A DNA stretch of 64,000 nt from Mustelus asterias (lineage: Eukaryota): NCBI RefSeq assembly GCF_964213995.1, contig NW_027590119.1:558001-622000 (forward strand), in the 5' to 3' direction. The position numbers and the translations under genes were made by a program. Below the pieces are notes generated by a model. The model was not told where the DNA came from and made no database searches. It saw nothing but the letters and a program-made list of their open reading frames with translations. Below, one piece after another: positions 24,631-38,372 of this stretch; within the stretch, counting starts at the first letter, position 1; each line of letters starts with the position of its first letter.

Positions 24631-25316
24631 CAAAGAACAAAGAACAGTACAGCACAGGAAACAGGCCCTTCGGCCCTCCAAGCCTGTGCCGCTCCTTGGT
24701 CCAACTAGACCAATCGTTTGTATCCCTCCATTCCCAGGCTGCTCATGTGACTATCCAGGTAAGTCTTAAACGATGTCAGCGTGCCTGCCTCCACCACCCT
24801 ACTTGGCAGCGCATTCCAGGCCCCCACCACCCTCTGTGTAAAAAACGTCCCTCTGATGTCTGAGTTATACTTCGCCCCTCTCAGCTTGAGCCCGTGACCC
24901 CTCGTGATCGTCACCTCCGACCTGGGAAAAAGCTTCCCACTGTTCACCCTATCTATACCCTTCATAATCTTGTATACCTCTATTAGATCTCCCCTCATTC
25001 TCCGTCTTTCCAAGGAGAACAACCCCAGTCTACCCAATCTCTCCTCATAGCTAAGACCCTCCATACCAGGCAACATCCTGGTAAACCTTCTCTGCCCTCT
25101 CTCCAATGCCTCCACGTCCTTCTGGTAGTGCGGCGACCAGAACTGGACGCAGTACTCCAAATGTGGCCTAACCAGCGTTCTATACAGCTGCATCATCAGA
25201 CTCCAGCTTTTATACTCTATACCCCGTCCTATAAAGGCAAGCATACCATATGCCTTCTTCACCACCTTCTCCACCTGTGTTGCCACCTTCAAGGATTTGT
25301 GGACTTGCACACCTAG
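24631..25316 (-). mobile_element. Young CR1 3' fragment inserted in frame in exon 2 of GPCR gene 2
   Basis: ORF 24705-25478 switches from GPCR (SGCITYY) to CR1 (LGVQVHKSLKV); GPCR resumes YLMSMAVTD after the (ttctttg) tail. Confidence 0.93.
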
Positions 25317-26504
25317 GTAGTAGGTGATGCATCCGGAGAGACCACATCTTCCTCGTGACAGGATCACAATTACTGCCAGATTAGCTGTGAGAGGGAAACA
25401 TACCGAGTGAAAATGCAATCGTGATAAAGGAATGCTGAAGAAACATTTTTGAAAAATTTTCAGATTGGACATCAGCAAACTAAAAGCAGAGCCAGCATTT
25501 CAGGTTTGTGATCTAACGGTTTCATTGGAGAAAACGGATGCTAATGTTTAATAAATCCACAATACTGCTCTGTACTCCCAGGAAGAATGCCGGCTCAGTC
25601 CTACAGTAAACACGTTACTTCATACTTTGTGACTCAGTTAAATGAAAGACAATGAGTTATTTTCGCATTCACTGAGGCAGAACACGTTTTGGCTGGAATA
25701 TTGGGGAGAATTAAAAAAGAAAACGCAATAATAGAGCGACATCTGAATTGAGCAGCAAGGCATCAGAAGGTGTTTTCTGGGAAAAGATACTAAATGCTTT
25801 CGATGCGAACAAATCCTGGAAAACACATCAATGCGCAGAAGCATTTTGGGACAAAAAGTACGTGACCAGGAACTCTTGAACTGTAATGATCAGAAGGTAA
25901 AGGAATAGTGATTCACGGGAACAAGAAAAGCTACCAACATATCGGAAATATTCATTGTAAGTTGGACGTCTATCGCTTCACAGTGAAACGGCATGTTTTC
26001 AAAACGTATTTTACCACTGAGAGAATTATACACTGCCCAGGATGCCATATATTTTCTCAGCCGATAAACTGAGGACCCATGCGATAAAATGCGACACAGA
26101 TTCAAGAAGTGCACACTGATCTTATTCCAGCTCAATGTAAATAAGCATAAATAAAATAATGCAGTAGCTGTGTCTAGAATATGTTACAAGTATGGTAATT
26201 GTGTGATGATTCATACAAGGTAACATCGCTGGATAAACATTAGAAATGCAGATGCATCGTGGTGATATTGCGGTACTTCCCTCCTAATAATCATGTAAAT
26301 GAACAGAAGGACACAGGAAATGAGATATGATAACTGTAAATGGGAACAATTTCTAACCATGTGGTCACAGGAACATTATATATTGTCAAAGTATAAAACA
26401 GAAACCAGAAATGGGAAGAAATTATGATAAAGGAAAGAAATAACACCGTTAAAAGGAAGCAAATCCAGCAATCGTGCAAGTAAATAAAGAACACAGATCA
26501 AATA

Positions 26505-27490
26505 AGCTTACAAGACAGGAACAGGCCCTTGGGTCCTCCAGGCCTACGCCGACCACGCTGTTCATCTGAACTAAAACCCCTGACTATATTCCTTTATTCC
26601 CAACCATTCATGTACTTGTCAAGACGCCCCTGAAAAGTCACTATCGTATCTGCTTCCACTTACTCCTCCAGTAGTGAGTTCCAGGCACCCACCACTCTCT
26701 GTGTAAGAACATACCTCGTACATATCCTTTTAAACCATGCTCCTCGCACCTTAAACCTATGCCCCCTTGTGATTGACTCTTAAACCCTGGGAAAAAGCTT
26801 CTCACTATCCACTCCTTCCATTTTCTTCATAATCTTGTCGACTTCTATCAGGTCGCCCCTCAACCTGCGTCGTTTCAGTGAGAACAAACCAGCTTTCTCC
26901 AACCTCTCCTCATAGCTAATGCTTTCCATACCAGGCAACATCATGGTAGGTATTTTCTTTACCCTCTTCAAAGCCTCCACACCCTTCTGCCAGTGTGGCG
27001 ACCAGAAAGAGACACAAGATTCCAAGTGCGGCCTAACTAAGGTTCCAGAAAGCTGCAATATTACTTGCGGATTTTAAACTCAATGCCCCGGCTGATGAAG
27101 GCAAGCACGCCGCATGTCTTCTTGACTACCTTCTCTATCTGCGTTGCCACTTTCAGTAACCTGTGTACCAGTACACCCAGACCCCTCTTTCTATCGATAC
27201 TCTTAAAGGCTCTACCATGTACTGGATATTTTCCATCTGTATTAGACCTTCCAAAATCAAGTACGTCACATTTGTCCGGATTAAACTCCATCTGCCATCT
27301 CTCCGCCCAAGTCTCGAACCGAATTATTTCCTGCTGTATCCCCTGACGGTCATCACTGCTGTCTGCAATTCCACCAACCTTTGTGACGTCCACATAAATA
27401 CAAATCAAACCAGTTATATTATTCTCCAAATCATGTGCATATATTACAAACAGCAATGGTCCCAGCACTGATCCCTGAGGAACACCTGTA
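26505..27490 (-). mobile_element. CR1 3' fragment in the intron of GPCR gene 2
   Basis: RT motifs GVPQGSVLGPLLF, WQMEFNPDKC; stops present. Confidence 0.88.
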
Positions 27491-27879
27491 GCAACAGCCT
27501 TGGAATTAATTAGATTGGTAAAGTGGAACATTAAACAGAAAATTGTTATTTCTTAAAATTCAACGACTATATTGCAAAATGCGATAGAAAGGGAAGTTGT
27601 CGCAGTGAAATTAACAGATCATGTTGGATATGAATGCCAGTATGATAAAAAAAATAATAACACTTCCAGGGAACGGGGGCGGTGATGAGCTGAAATCAGA
27701 AAGCAATAGCAGCGATTGACAATGATTTCCGTACCGAATACTTCATGAAATGTGCTTACCTGGAATCCCGATCACTGCAAGCACGGGATAGTAAATGACA
27801 AAGACCAACCCTTTTGGTAATCCATGCATTTCTGTCAGCAGCTGCCAGTTTATTCTGCTCGACAATTAGAGATTGACAG

Positions 27880-27915
27880 ATATATAACCTAGGCCAGGCT
27901 TCAGGGAGTTCATTT
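27880..27915 (-). promoter_or_regulatory. Decayed homeodomain-O/E-TATA promoter of GPCR gene 2
   Basis: AAATGA 27915-27910, 2 nt, TCCCTGAAGC 27907-27898, TATATAT 27886-27880; O/E at -78 and TATA at -57 versus -77 and -56 in gene 1. Confidence 0.55.
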
Positions 27916-29264
27916 GATCTTTTGCAATAATTACACTAATTGAAATAAACAACTTGAAGCTGGGTCTGCTTTGAAAATCTTCATGCTTTGATGAAGTGGA
28001 AAAAAAACTTTTCAAGGTCGCTGACACAGTTCTGAAGTAAATTGCTCAGAATGTACAGTATGAGAACTGTAACATTCACCAGCATGCAGACGAAATAGAC
28101 AGTAGCATGGGGGGATTCTCACGTCATGAAGTTTCACCATCAGATATAACTGAGCAGAGCTGTTCTGGCCCAAAAGTAATAATCAGCCAATGTCTCGCTC
28201 CAGATTATTATTCCCTCTGTGTGATCACCGATCCAGTGCGTTAGATCGACCTCAAACTTTGCGTGTCAACACGTCCAGTTTGTTATTGTCTCTTCCATTG
28301 CATATTAGCCGATCTCAGTTTCATGTTATTCAAAATGAACAGGTCAAGATTATGCTCATCAGGTCCATTTTCGGAGTTGCACATGATTTGGGCATTTTCA
28401 GTTCAGTGCTTTTGCATTCAGCGTGGACAGGCCCCGTTCAGTACGTTTACTTTCAGTAAAATCTCGCCCAATCCAGCATAGTTACATGTTGTCATAAAGG
28501 ATCAGGCCGGCACAGAGACGGTCATTAATTGCAGCTTCATTCCAGCAAGATTGTACAAAAACCGGGCGACGTCCACTTCAGCACAATTAGATTTAACGCA
28601 AGAAGGCTCCAGTCAGTCCCATTACTTTCAATATCAACGTATCCACTTTCTGCTTAGATCCCGGAAATTATGACTATCATTGTCGAATGTCCCGCCTGAA
28701 CAAGGTTAAAGAATGGTGGACTTGTCTCCGGAACACCCATGCACACCCTACCATCCCGCAGCCCCAACCTCTTCCCTGCCCCTTATAATTGCGGCAAACC
28801 GAACCAGAAAACCAGTTCAGTGATTTTCGGCTGCGAGCATTGACGAGTTCGCTGAATGAAAATTATTTGGAGACAACACGTGCAATTTCAGTTCAGCGTG
28901 TTTTCATTCAGTTTGCGCGTGTCGAGCTCAGGACTGTTTCAGTGGAATGTGCAGGGCCAGCTCATTGAAAATGTACATTTATCACTTTCCCCATTTGCAA
29001 ATCACTGGCCATAATCCTCTCCATTTGTGAATGGGCAGTCAGTTACCTGATCTCATCTGAATGATCTGTCTTTCTTCTGTGAACTGAGAACCAACAACTC
29101 TCACAACTGAGATTCGATGAGCGTATTCTCACAGGGAAAATAAAATCATCTCTTTTAACTCCACCTGATTCTGACAAATAGAAGGTGTTGCCCTATGTAC
29201 GCTCCTGTGTCCCAGCAACGTCGGTCTCTTCTTTTATGACATCTGAAACATTCGTTTTGTTCAC

Positions 29265-29860
29265 GAAGACAAGCTGGAGCAGGAGAAGGAGGATGAGGGG
29301 CGGCGAGGGGGCGAGGTGGACGTCCTGCCGAATGGGGAGTCAGGGTAAAGAGGGCAGGCGGCGATGGCAGTTGTCCGGCAGGGAAGGGCAATAAGGGATG
29401 TCTTAATCGCAGCCCAATTCACATAGTTGGTGCTGTGCAATGAGGAGGCTGCAACCAACACGCATCCACGCACCCCAGGAGCAACTGCAGCCGCCATTCC
29501 CCCTTCAAAGCGACCAGGGCCCTCAAACCACATTAACCTTCCCCAGCCTCTGTCACCCAACACCCTGTCCCCCAGAAACATCCAAACATGTTAATGCGCC
29601 GGGCTGGCAAGGTTGTGAGTCTTGGTTGAAGGCTGGAGGACGATGACGACTCGATGTTGTGCACACTGGGATCCTACCCCTTGTGCCTCTCAAGTCTGAC
29701 TCCTACATGTTCTCTGAATGCACGCTGTCACCCTGGCCCACGTAGCAGCAAGGGTTGGGGGCACGAGTTTGTGGGATAATCAGTGAGCATGAGGTGCACT
29801 GGGTTAGGCACTGTGTAACATGTGGCTGAGTCTCACAAGGCACAACAGTCAACACCTCTG
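29265..29860. mobile_element. PIF/Harbinger DNA transposon internal remnant
   Basis: + strand acidic stretch then AMAVVRQGRAIRDVLIAAQFT* (ends 29426), resembling Harbinger transposase C-termini; the GC-rich convergent segment after it may be the second gene. Confidence 0.5.
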
Positions 29861-29929
29861 TGCATGAAAACCCCCGGACACAAAGGGGCAATTTAGAATG
29901 CCAAATTAACCTAACCAGCGCATCTTTGG

Positions 29930-31345
29930 ACTGGGTTATCAACTGGGATTCAAACAATATGAGGGTTTCTGAGGGAGAAGAATTCATTCTGTGAGTCCAG
30001 GAAAATATTTTCAACAAATTAGTGACAAACCCAAAAAAGAAAAGATGAAATTCTTAACCTAGTTTTGGGAACGAAGAAGGGCAAGTGGGTGAAGTGGGAG
30101 TCGATGACCATATCAGGGATAGTGATCACATTCAGTTGGATTCAGCCTTACCATGCAAAAGGACAGAGACAAAGCAGGAACAAAAGTTTCGAACTAAGAG
30201 AAGACAATGTTTTCAGGAATGAGAAGGGACTTGCCTGGCGTGGGCTGGACAACACTGATCGGGGATAAACCAGTGGAAAACCAGTCGGAAACACGAAAAA
30301 GTGTGATCGGGAATCATAGAAACCCGACAGTGCAGATGGAGGTAATTTGAGTCATCATCAACCCACCTAACCAGCCCATCTTTGGATTGTTGAAGGAAAC
30401 TGGAACACCCAGAGGAAAATGACGCAGACACGGGGAAAATGTCTAAGCTCCACTCAGTCAGTCACCCATGTTGTTGTGAGAAAATGTACGAAGTAAACAT
30501 GTCCCCTCCAAAAATAAGAGTGGTTCTGCTAATTCTAGATCCCCTGATTGTCTGCAAGAATACAGGGGACGGTCAAACAGAAAAGGAAAGTGTCCGATAG
30601 ACACAAAGCAGGAATCACTGCAGATAGCCTCGATGAATATAGGAAGGGCAGGAGCAAAGTGAAAAGGAATTAAGGAAATCTAAGAGAGGGCACGAAAAAT
30701 GGTTATCAAGTAAAGTTAAAGAAAACCCAAAGATGTTTTGCCAATATCTTAATGGTAAACGTTAAGGCAAAAGTGTGACCTATCAGCAATGAAGAACAGA
30801 ACGTCTGTGTAGATGCAGAGGATGTGGGAAGGATTTTAAATGGATATTTTGTCTCAGTATTTACAATGCAAAGGGGTGATGCAGATTTTGCCCTGGAGGA
30901 ACGCTGAGGTATTGGACGGAGCAAGCTGAAAGGGATTTCTCGAAGGGCCAGATGGACTGTTTCCGAGGCTGCTGAAAGAGAATCATAGAATCCTACAGTG
31001 CCAAAGGAGGCCATTTGGCACATCGAGTCTGCACCGACCACAATTCGATGCAGGCCTTATCCCCATAACCCCATGCATTTACACGAGCTAGTCTCACTGA
31101 CACTGAGGTGAAATTGATCATGGCCAATCCAACTAACCCGCATATCTTTGTACTATGGGAGGAAACCGGAACATCCGGAGGAAACCCATGCAGACACGGG
31201 GAGAATGTGCAAACTCCACAAAGACAGTGACCCAAGCTGGGAATCAAACCCGGGTCCATTGCACTGAGAAGCAGCAGTGCTAACCAAATTGCCACCATGC
31301 CGAGGTCTGGGATGAGATCGCAGATGCTCTGAGAATGATTTTCCA
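29930..31345 (+). mobile_element. Old CR1 ORF2 fragment with nested HE1 SINEs (30310-30470 and 30979-31301, both -)
   Basis: Degenerate endonuclease/linker sequence; SINE V domains and heads on the minus strand. Confidence 0.65.
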
Positions 31346-32976
31346 ATCCTCACTAGATAACAAGTAAACCGTTTTGGATCCTTTGGGGGATTGCCTATCA
31401 GAGGATAACAGCAGCAGCATACAGAACAGTGGCACCACGGCTGGCCCTGGTGTTAAGCAGAGACGGACAAAGAGCACTCGAGCAAGAGTTAAAGGGCACG
31501 CTATAATTCGGGGGAAAGATGGGCATTTCTGTGTACGTGAAAGAGACTCCAGGATGTTGCCTCTCAGGCGCCACATTCCAGGATGTCGCTAAACGGGCAG
31601 AACGCATTCTGAAGGGAGAGAGTGAACAGCCAGAAGTCATGGTACATATGGGTACTCACGACCATGGAAGGAAGAGTGACGAGGTCCTGCAGCAGTAGTT
31701 TAGGGAATTAGGCATACATTTAAAATGCAGGACCTCGAGGGTTGTAATCTCAGGACTACTCCCTGTGCCACGTGCCGGTGAGGCTCGAAATAGGAAGATA
31801 CTTCAGCTCAGCATATGGCTAAACAGCTGGTGTCGGAGGGAGGGCTTCCGACATCTGGAGCATTGCGTTCTCTTCCAGGACAGGTGTTGCATCTAAACTG
31901 GAGGGGCAGGAAAATTCTGGCCGGAAGGTTTGCTAGTGTCACACGGAAGGATTTAAAGTAGTTTGGCAGCGGTATGGGAACCAAAGCAAAGGTGAATTAA
32001 CTGAAGGGGCACGAGAGAGTAGGGCCAGTAAGACTCAGAGGAACAGCAGGCAGGGCGTGGTTGCTGATCAACGAGGGTCTGGTGGACTGAAGTGCATTTG
32101 TTTCAATGTGACAAGTGTAACAGGTAAGGCAGATGAACTTAGAGCTTGGATTGGTACTTGGAACTATGATGTTGTTGCCATTACGGAGACTTGGTTAAGG
32201 GAGGGACAGTACTGGCAGCTTAACATTCAGGATACAAATGTTTGAGGTGGGATATAAAAGAGGGGAATATAAAAGGGGTGGAGGAGTTGCATTACTGGTT
32301 AAGGAGAATATCACAGCTGTACTTCCGGGGGGGGAGGGGTTGTGGGGGGGGGGGGGGCACCTCAGAGGGCTCATTCTGTGAGGCAATATGGGTCGAGCTC
32401 AGGAATAGGAAGGGTGTAGTCACAGTGTTGGGGGTTTTCTAGAGGCCTCCCAACAGGCAGCGGGAGATAGAGGAACAGATATGGAGGCAGATGTTGGCAA
32501 AGTGTAAAAATAACAGGGTTGTTGTGGTGGGAGAATTTAACTTCTCCGATATTGACTGGTACTCACTTAGTGTTCGATGAGTGAATGGGACATATTTTGT
32601 GCGGATCATCCAGGAGAGCTTCTTGAAACAGCATGTAGATAGTCCAACTAGGGAAGGGGCCGTACTGCACCTGGTATTGGGGAATGAGCCCGGTCAGGTG
32701 TCCGACGTTTCTGTACAGGGGCAGTTCGAGAAGACTGGCCACAAATCAGTAAGCTTTAAGGTAATGATGGATGAGGATACGTGTAATCCTCACGTGAAGG
32801 TGCTAAATTGGGTGAAAGGTTAATTACAGAAATGTATGGCAGGAACTAAGGAATGTAGATTGGGGACAGATATTTGAGGAGAAAGAAACATCTGACATGT
32901 GGGGGCCTTTCAAGTGTAAGTTGATAGGAATTCAGGACCGGCATATTATTGTAATAATGAAGGATAAGTACGGCAA

Positions 32977-33898
32977 AGATACTAGAGGGCTCGGTAGTAT
33001 TGAGGAAGCGCGTGGGGGGAGGGGGGTGTTGCAGAAGGACTTGGAAAGGTGAGGCGAGTGGGTAAAGAAGTGGCAGATGGAATACAATGTGGAAAAGTGA
33101 GAGGTTATGCATTTTGGAAGGAGGAAAAGAGGCATAGACAATTTTCTAAATGGGAAAATGCTTAGAAAATCAGAAACACAAAGGGACGTGGGAGTCATTG
33201 TTCAAGATTCTCTTAAGGTTAACGTGCAGGTTCAGTCGGCAGTTGGACAGGCAAATGCAATATTAGTATTCATGTCGAGAGGGCGAGAATGCAAGAGCAG
33301 GAATTTACTTCTGAGGCTGTATATGGCTCGGGTCAGACCCTATTTGGAGTATGGTGAGCAGTTTTGGGCCCCATGTCTGAGGAAGGTGTGCTGGCCTTGG
33401 AAAGGGCCCAGAGGAGGTTCAAAAGAATGATCCCTGGAATGAAGAGCTTGACGGAAGAGGAATATTTGAGGACTCTAGGTCTGTGTTCGTTGGAGTTTTG
33501 AAGGATGAGGGGGATATTATTGAAACTTACAAGATACTGCGAGGCCTGGATAGAGTGGAAGCAGAGAGGATGTTTCCACGAGTGTGAAAAACTTGAACCA
33601 GAGGGCAGAACCCCAGGCTAAAGGGATGATCCTTTAGAATAGAGATGAGGAGGAATTTCTTCTGCCAGAGAGTGGTGAATCTGTGGAACTCTTTGCCGCA
33701 GAACGCTGTGGAGGCCAAGTCATTGAGTGTCTTTAAGACAAAGATAGATAGGTTCTTGATGAATAAGGGGATCAGGGGTTAAGGGATAAAGGCAGGAGCA
33801 TGGGGATGAGAAAGATATCAGCTATTATTGAATAGTGGAGCAGACTCAATGGGCCGCATGGCCTAATTCTGGTCTGATATCTTATGGTCTTATGGTCT
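32977..33898 (+). mobile_element. CR1 3' fragment nested in the host CR1
   Basis: Flanked by tacggcaa (32969-32976) / tatggcaa (33899-33906); (cttatggt)n tail. Confidence 0.8.
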
Positions 33899-35246
33899 TA
33901 TGGCAAGCTTCGGGAACCTTGGATAACGAGAGCCTAGTCAAAGCGAAAAAGGAAGAATTTGTCAAGGCTCGGAGGCTGGGAACACACGAAGCAAGTTTGG
34001 AATACTCGGAAAGTAAAAAGAAACTTAAGCAGGGTGGCAGGAGGGATAAAAGGGGTCACAAAAAATCATTGGCCAGCAGGATGAAGGAACATCACAAGGT
34101 TTGTTATACATATATAAAGAGCAAGGGGGTAGCGAGGGAGCAGGTTGGCCCACTCAAGGACAAGGGAGGGAATCTATGCGTGGAGCCAGAGGAAATGGGC
34201 GAGGTATTAAATTAGTACCTTGCGTCAGTATTCACCAAGGAGAAGGACTTGGTGGATGATGAGTCTGGGGAAGGGTTTGCAGATAATTTGGAACATGTAG
34301 AGATCAAAATGTTGGAGGTATTGCGGTTCTTGAGAAACATTAAAGTAGACAAGTCCCCAGGACCTGATGGGATAGACCCCAGAATACTGAGAGGCGCAAG
34401 GGAGGGAATTGCTGGGGTCTTGGTAGAAATCTTTGTATCCTTACTGGCTACAGGAGAGGCCCTCGAGGATTGGAGAATAGCCAGTGTTCTTCCTTTGTTT
34501 AAGAAGGATAGCAAGGAGAAGCTAGGTAATTGCAGGCCGGTGAGCCTTATGTCAGTGGAAGGGAAATTTTTGGAGAGGATTCTTCGAAACAGGAATGACT
34601 GCATCTTGGAAAAAAAGTGGACGTATTAGGGAGAGGCAACCTGTTTTTTGTGAAGAGGCGGTCGTGTCTCACTAACTTGATCGAGTTTTTCGAGAAAATT
34701 ACGAAGATGATTGATGAGGGTAGGGCAATGGATGTTGTCTACATAGACTTCAGTCAGGCCTTTGACAAGGTCCCTCATTGCAGACGGTACGGAAGGTGAA
34801 GCTGCAAGGGCTCAGAGGTGAGCTGGCAAGATCGATACAAGATGGCTCGGTTTTCGAAGACAGAGGGTAGCAGTGGACGGGTGCATTTCTGAATGGAGAG
34901 TAGTGACAAGTGGCGTTCTTAAGGATTCAGTGCTGGGATCTTTGCTGTTTGTAATACATATAAATGATTTGGAGAAAAATGTAACTGGTTTGATTCGTAA
35001 CATCGTGGATGACAGAAAGGTGGGAGGAATTGCAGATAGCGATGAGGCTGTCAGACGATACAGCAGGACATAGAGTGGTTGGAGACTTGGGCGGAGAGAT
35101 GGTAGATGGAATTAAATCCGGACAAATGTGAGGGAATGCACACTGATGGGAAATATGCACTAAATGGCAGAACCCTAAAGAGATTGGCAGAGGAATCTGG
35201 GTGTACAGGGACACAGGCCACTGAAAGTGGCAATGCAGGTGGAGAA

Positions 35247-38200
35247 CATAAGAACATAAGAACATAAGAAATAGGAGCAGGAGTAGGCCATCTCGCCCCT
35301 CGAGCCTGCCCCGCCATTCAATAAGATCATGGCTGATCTGACGTGGATCAGTACCACTTACCCGCCTGATCCCCATAACCCTTAATTCCCTTACCGATCA
35401 GGAATCCATCCATCCGCGCTTTAAACATATTCAGCGAGGTAGCCTCCACCACCTCAGTGGGCAGAGAATTCCAGAGATTCACCAGCCTCTGGGAGAAGAA
35501 GTTCCTCCTCAACTCTGTCTTAAACCGACCCCCCTTTATTTTGAGGCGGTGTCCTCTAGTTTTAACTTCCTTACTAAGTGGAAAGAATCTCTCCGCCTCC
35601 ACCCTATCCAGCACCCGCATTATCTTATAAGTCTCCATAAGATCCCCCCTCATCCTTCTAAACTCCAACGAGTACAAACCCAATCTCCTCAGCCTCTCCT
35701 CATAATCCAAACCCCTCATCTCCGGTATCAACCTGGTGAACCTTCTCTGCACTCCCTCCAATGCCAATATATCTATCCTTCCTCATAGAAGGGGACCAAT
35801 ACTGCACACAGTATTCCAGCTGCGGCCTCACCAATGCCCTGTCCAGGTGCATCAAGACATCCCTGCTTTTATATTCTATCCCCCTCGCGATATAGGCCAA
35901 CATCCCATTTGCCTTCTTGATCACCTGTTGTACTTGCAGACTGGGCTTTTGCGTCTCATGCACAAGGACCCCCAGGTCCCTTTGCACGGTAGCATGTTTT
36001 AATTTGTTTCCATTGAGATAGTAATCCCATTTGTTATTATTTCCTTCAAAGTGTATAACCTCGCATTTCTCAACGTTATACTCCATTTGCCATATCCTCG
36101 CCCACTCACTCAGCCTGTCCAAATCTCTCTGCAGATCTTCTCCGTCCTCCACACGATTCACTTTTCCACTTATCTTTGTGTCATCTGCAAACTTCGTTAC
36201 CCTACACTCCGTCCCCTCCTCCAGATCATCTATATAAATGCTAAATAGTTGCGGCCCGAGTACCGATCCCTGCGGCACGCCACTAGTTACCTTCCTCCAA
36301 CCGGAAAAACACCCATTTATTCCGACTCTTTGCTTCCTGTCGGATAGCCAGTCCCCAGTCCACTTTAACACACTACCCCCAACTCCGTGTGCCCTAATCT
36401 TCTTCAGCAGCCTTTTATGGGGGACCTTATCAAACGCCTTTTGGAAATCCAAAAACACCGCATCCACCGGTTCTCCTCCATCAACCGCCCTAGTCACATC
36501 TTCATAAAAATCCAACATGTTCATCAAGCACGACTTTCCACTCATGAATCCATGCTGCGTCTGATTGATTGAACCATTTCTATCCAGATGCCCTGCTATC
36601 TCCTCTTTAATAATGGATTCCAGCATTTTCCCTACTACAGACGTTAAGCTGACCGGCCTATAGTTACCCGCCTTTTGTCTCCTTCCTTTTTTAAACAGCG
36701 GCGTAACATTAGCCGTTTTCCAATCAACCGGCACTACCCCAGAATGCAACGAGTTTTGATAAATAATCACTAACGCATCCACTATTACCTCTGACATTTC
36801 TTTCAATACCCTGGGATGCATTCCATCCGGACCCGGGGACTTGTCCACCTTCAGTCCCATTAGTCTACCCAGCACTGCCTCTCTGGTAACATTAATTGTA
36901 TTAAGTATTTCTCCTGCTGCCAACCCTCTATCGTTAATATTTGGCAAACTATTTGTGTCCTCCACCGTGAAGACCGACACAAAAAACTTATTTAAAGACT
37001 CAGCCATATCCTCATTTCCCACTATTAACTCCCCCCTCTCGTCCTCCAAGGGTCCAACATTCACTCTAGCCAGTCTATTCCTTTTTATATATTTATAAAA
37101 ACTTTTACTTTCATTATTTATATTAATTGCTAGCCTAACTTCATAGTCTATCCTTCCTTTCTTTATCGCTTTCTTAGTCTCTCTTTGTTGTTTCTTAAAT
37201 TTTTCCCAATCACTTGTTTCTCCACTATTTTTGGCCACTCTGTACGCAGCTGTTTTTATTTTAATACTCTCCTTTATTTCCTTCGTTATCCTCGGCTGGT
37301 TCTCCCTTTTCTTACAATCCTTGTTTTTTGCTGGAATATATTTTTGCTGAGAACTGAAAAGGATCTCCTTAAAAATCCTCCACTGTTCCTCAGCTATCCT
37401 ACCTGCCAGCCTGCTCTCCCAGTCTACCTTAGCCAATTCATCCCTCATCCTATCATATTTCCCTCTATCCAAACAGAGGACACTGGTTTGGGACCAAACT
37501 TTCTCCTCTTCCATCTGAATCAGAAATTCGACCATATTGTGGTCACTAGACCCAAGAGGGTCCTTCACAATAAGATCCTTAATTCTACCTACCTCGTTAC
37601 ACAATACCAGATCCAAAATAGCTCGTTCCCTCGTCGGTTCCGTAACATGCTGTTCAAGGAAACTATCCCGACAGCATTCTAAGAACTCTTCCTCCATTCC
37701 ACCCTTACCGACTTGAGTCTGCCAGTAAATGTGCATGTTGAAGTCCCCCATGATTATTGCCATTCCGTTTTTACACGCATCCCTTATCTGCTTGTTTATA
37801 GCCCTCCCTACCTCAACATTATTATTTGGGGGCCTATATACCACACCTACTAGTGTCTTTCTCCCTCTACTATTCCTCATCTCTACCCATAATGATTCCA
37901 CGTTTTGTTCCTCAGAGCCTATGTCATCCCTCAGCACTCCCCTGATATTATCTCTTATTAATAGCGCGACCCCACCACCTTTTCCTTCCTGTCTATTCTT
38001 CCTAAACGCCTGATACCCCTGGATATTCATCTCCCAGTCCTGGTCACCTTTCAGCCACGTTTCTGTAATGGCCACTTGATCGTACCCACTTGTGCTGATT
38101 TGCACCATCAACTCATTTACCTTGTTCCGAATGTTTCGTGCATTCAGGCAAAGTGTCCTTATTCCAGCTTTTATCTGGACCCGCTTTGCTGAGTCGCGAA

Positions 38201-38372
38201 CAGCCTCTCCCTCTACTCCCTTATCTAAATTACCGCCTTCATTCACTTGCACCCTCTCCTCTACCATTAATTTTGTAATTCCCCTTACCCCTGCATCCTC
38301 CCCCCCCCCCCCCCCCCCCCCCCCATCAATTAGTTCCTTGATCCTAGTCAACTCTTCTAGCTCCCCTCCTCT
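35247..38372 (-). mobile_element. Young CR1 with essentially complete ORF2 (APE endonuclease + RT), one frameshift
   Basis: 883-aa ORF (LCLNARNI, AITETW, GDFN, SDH, YRPVSLTS, FADD) continues in ORF 35348-35767 after an apparent 4-nt insertion near 35770; TSD TGGAGAA 35240-35246 / 38373-38379; (ttatgttc)n tail. Confidence 0.93.

Larger units (their letters stand above)
23797..27829 (-). pseudogene. GPR139/GPR142-like GPCR gene 2, pseudogene (exon 1 27829-27760; exon 2 25384-23797)
   Basis: Exon 1 MHGLPKGLVFVIYYPVLAVIGIP with G|GTAAGC donor; acceptor ctcacag|CT; exon 2 interrupted by CR1 24631-25316 after ITYY; +1 frameshift near 24260; PWYC read as PRYC; apparent deletion/frameshift after KFR near the C terminus. 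Confidence 0.9.
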
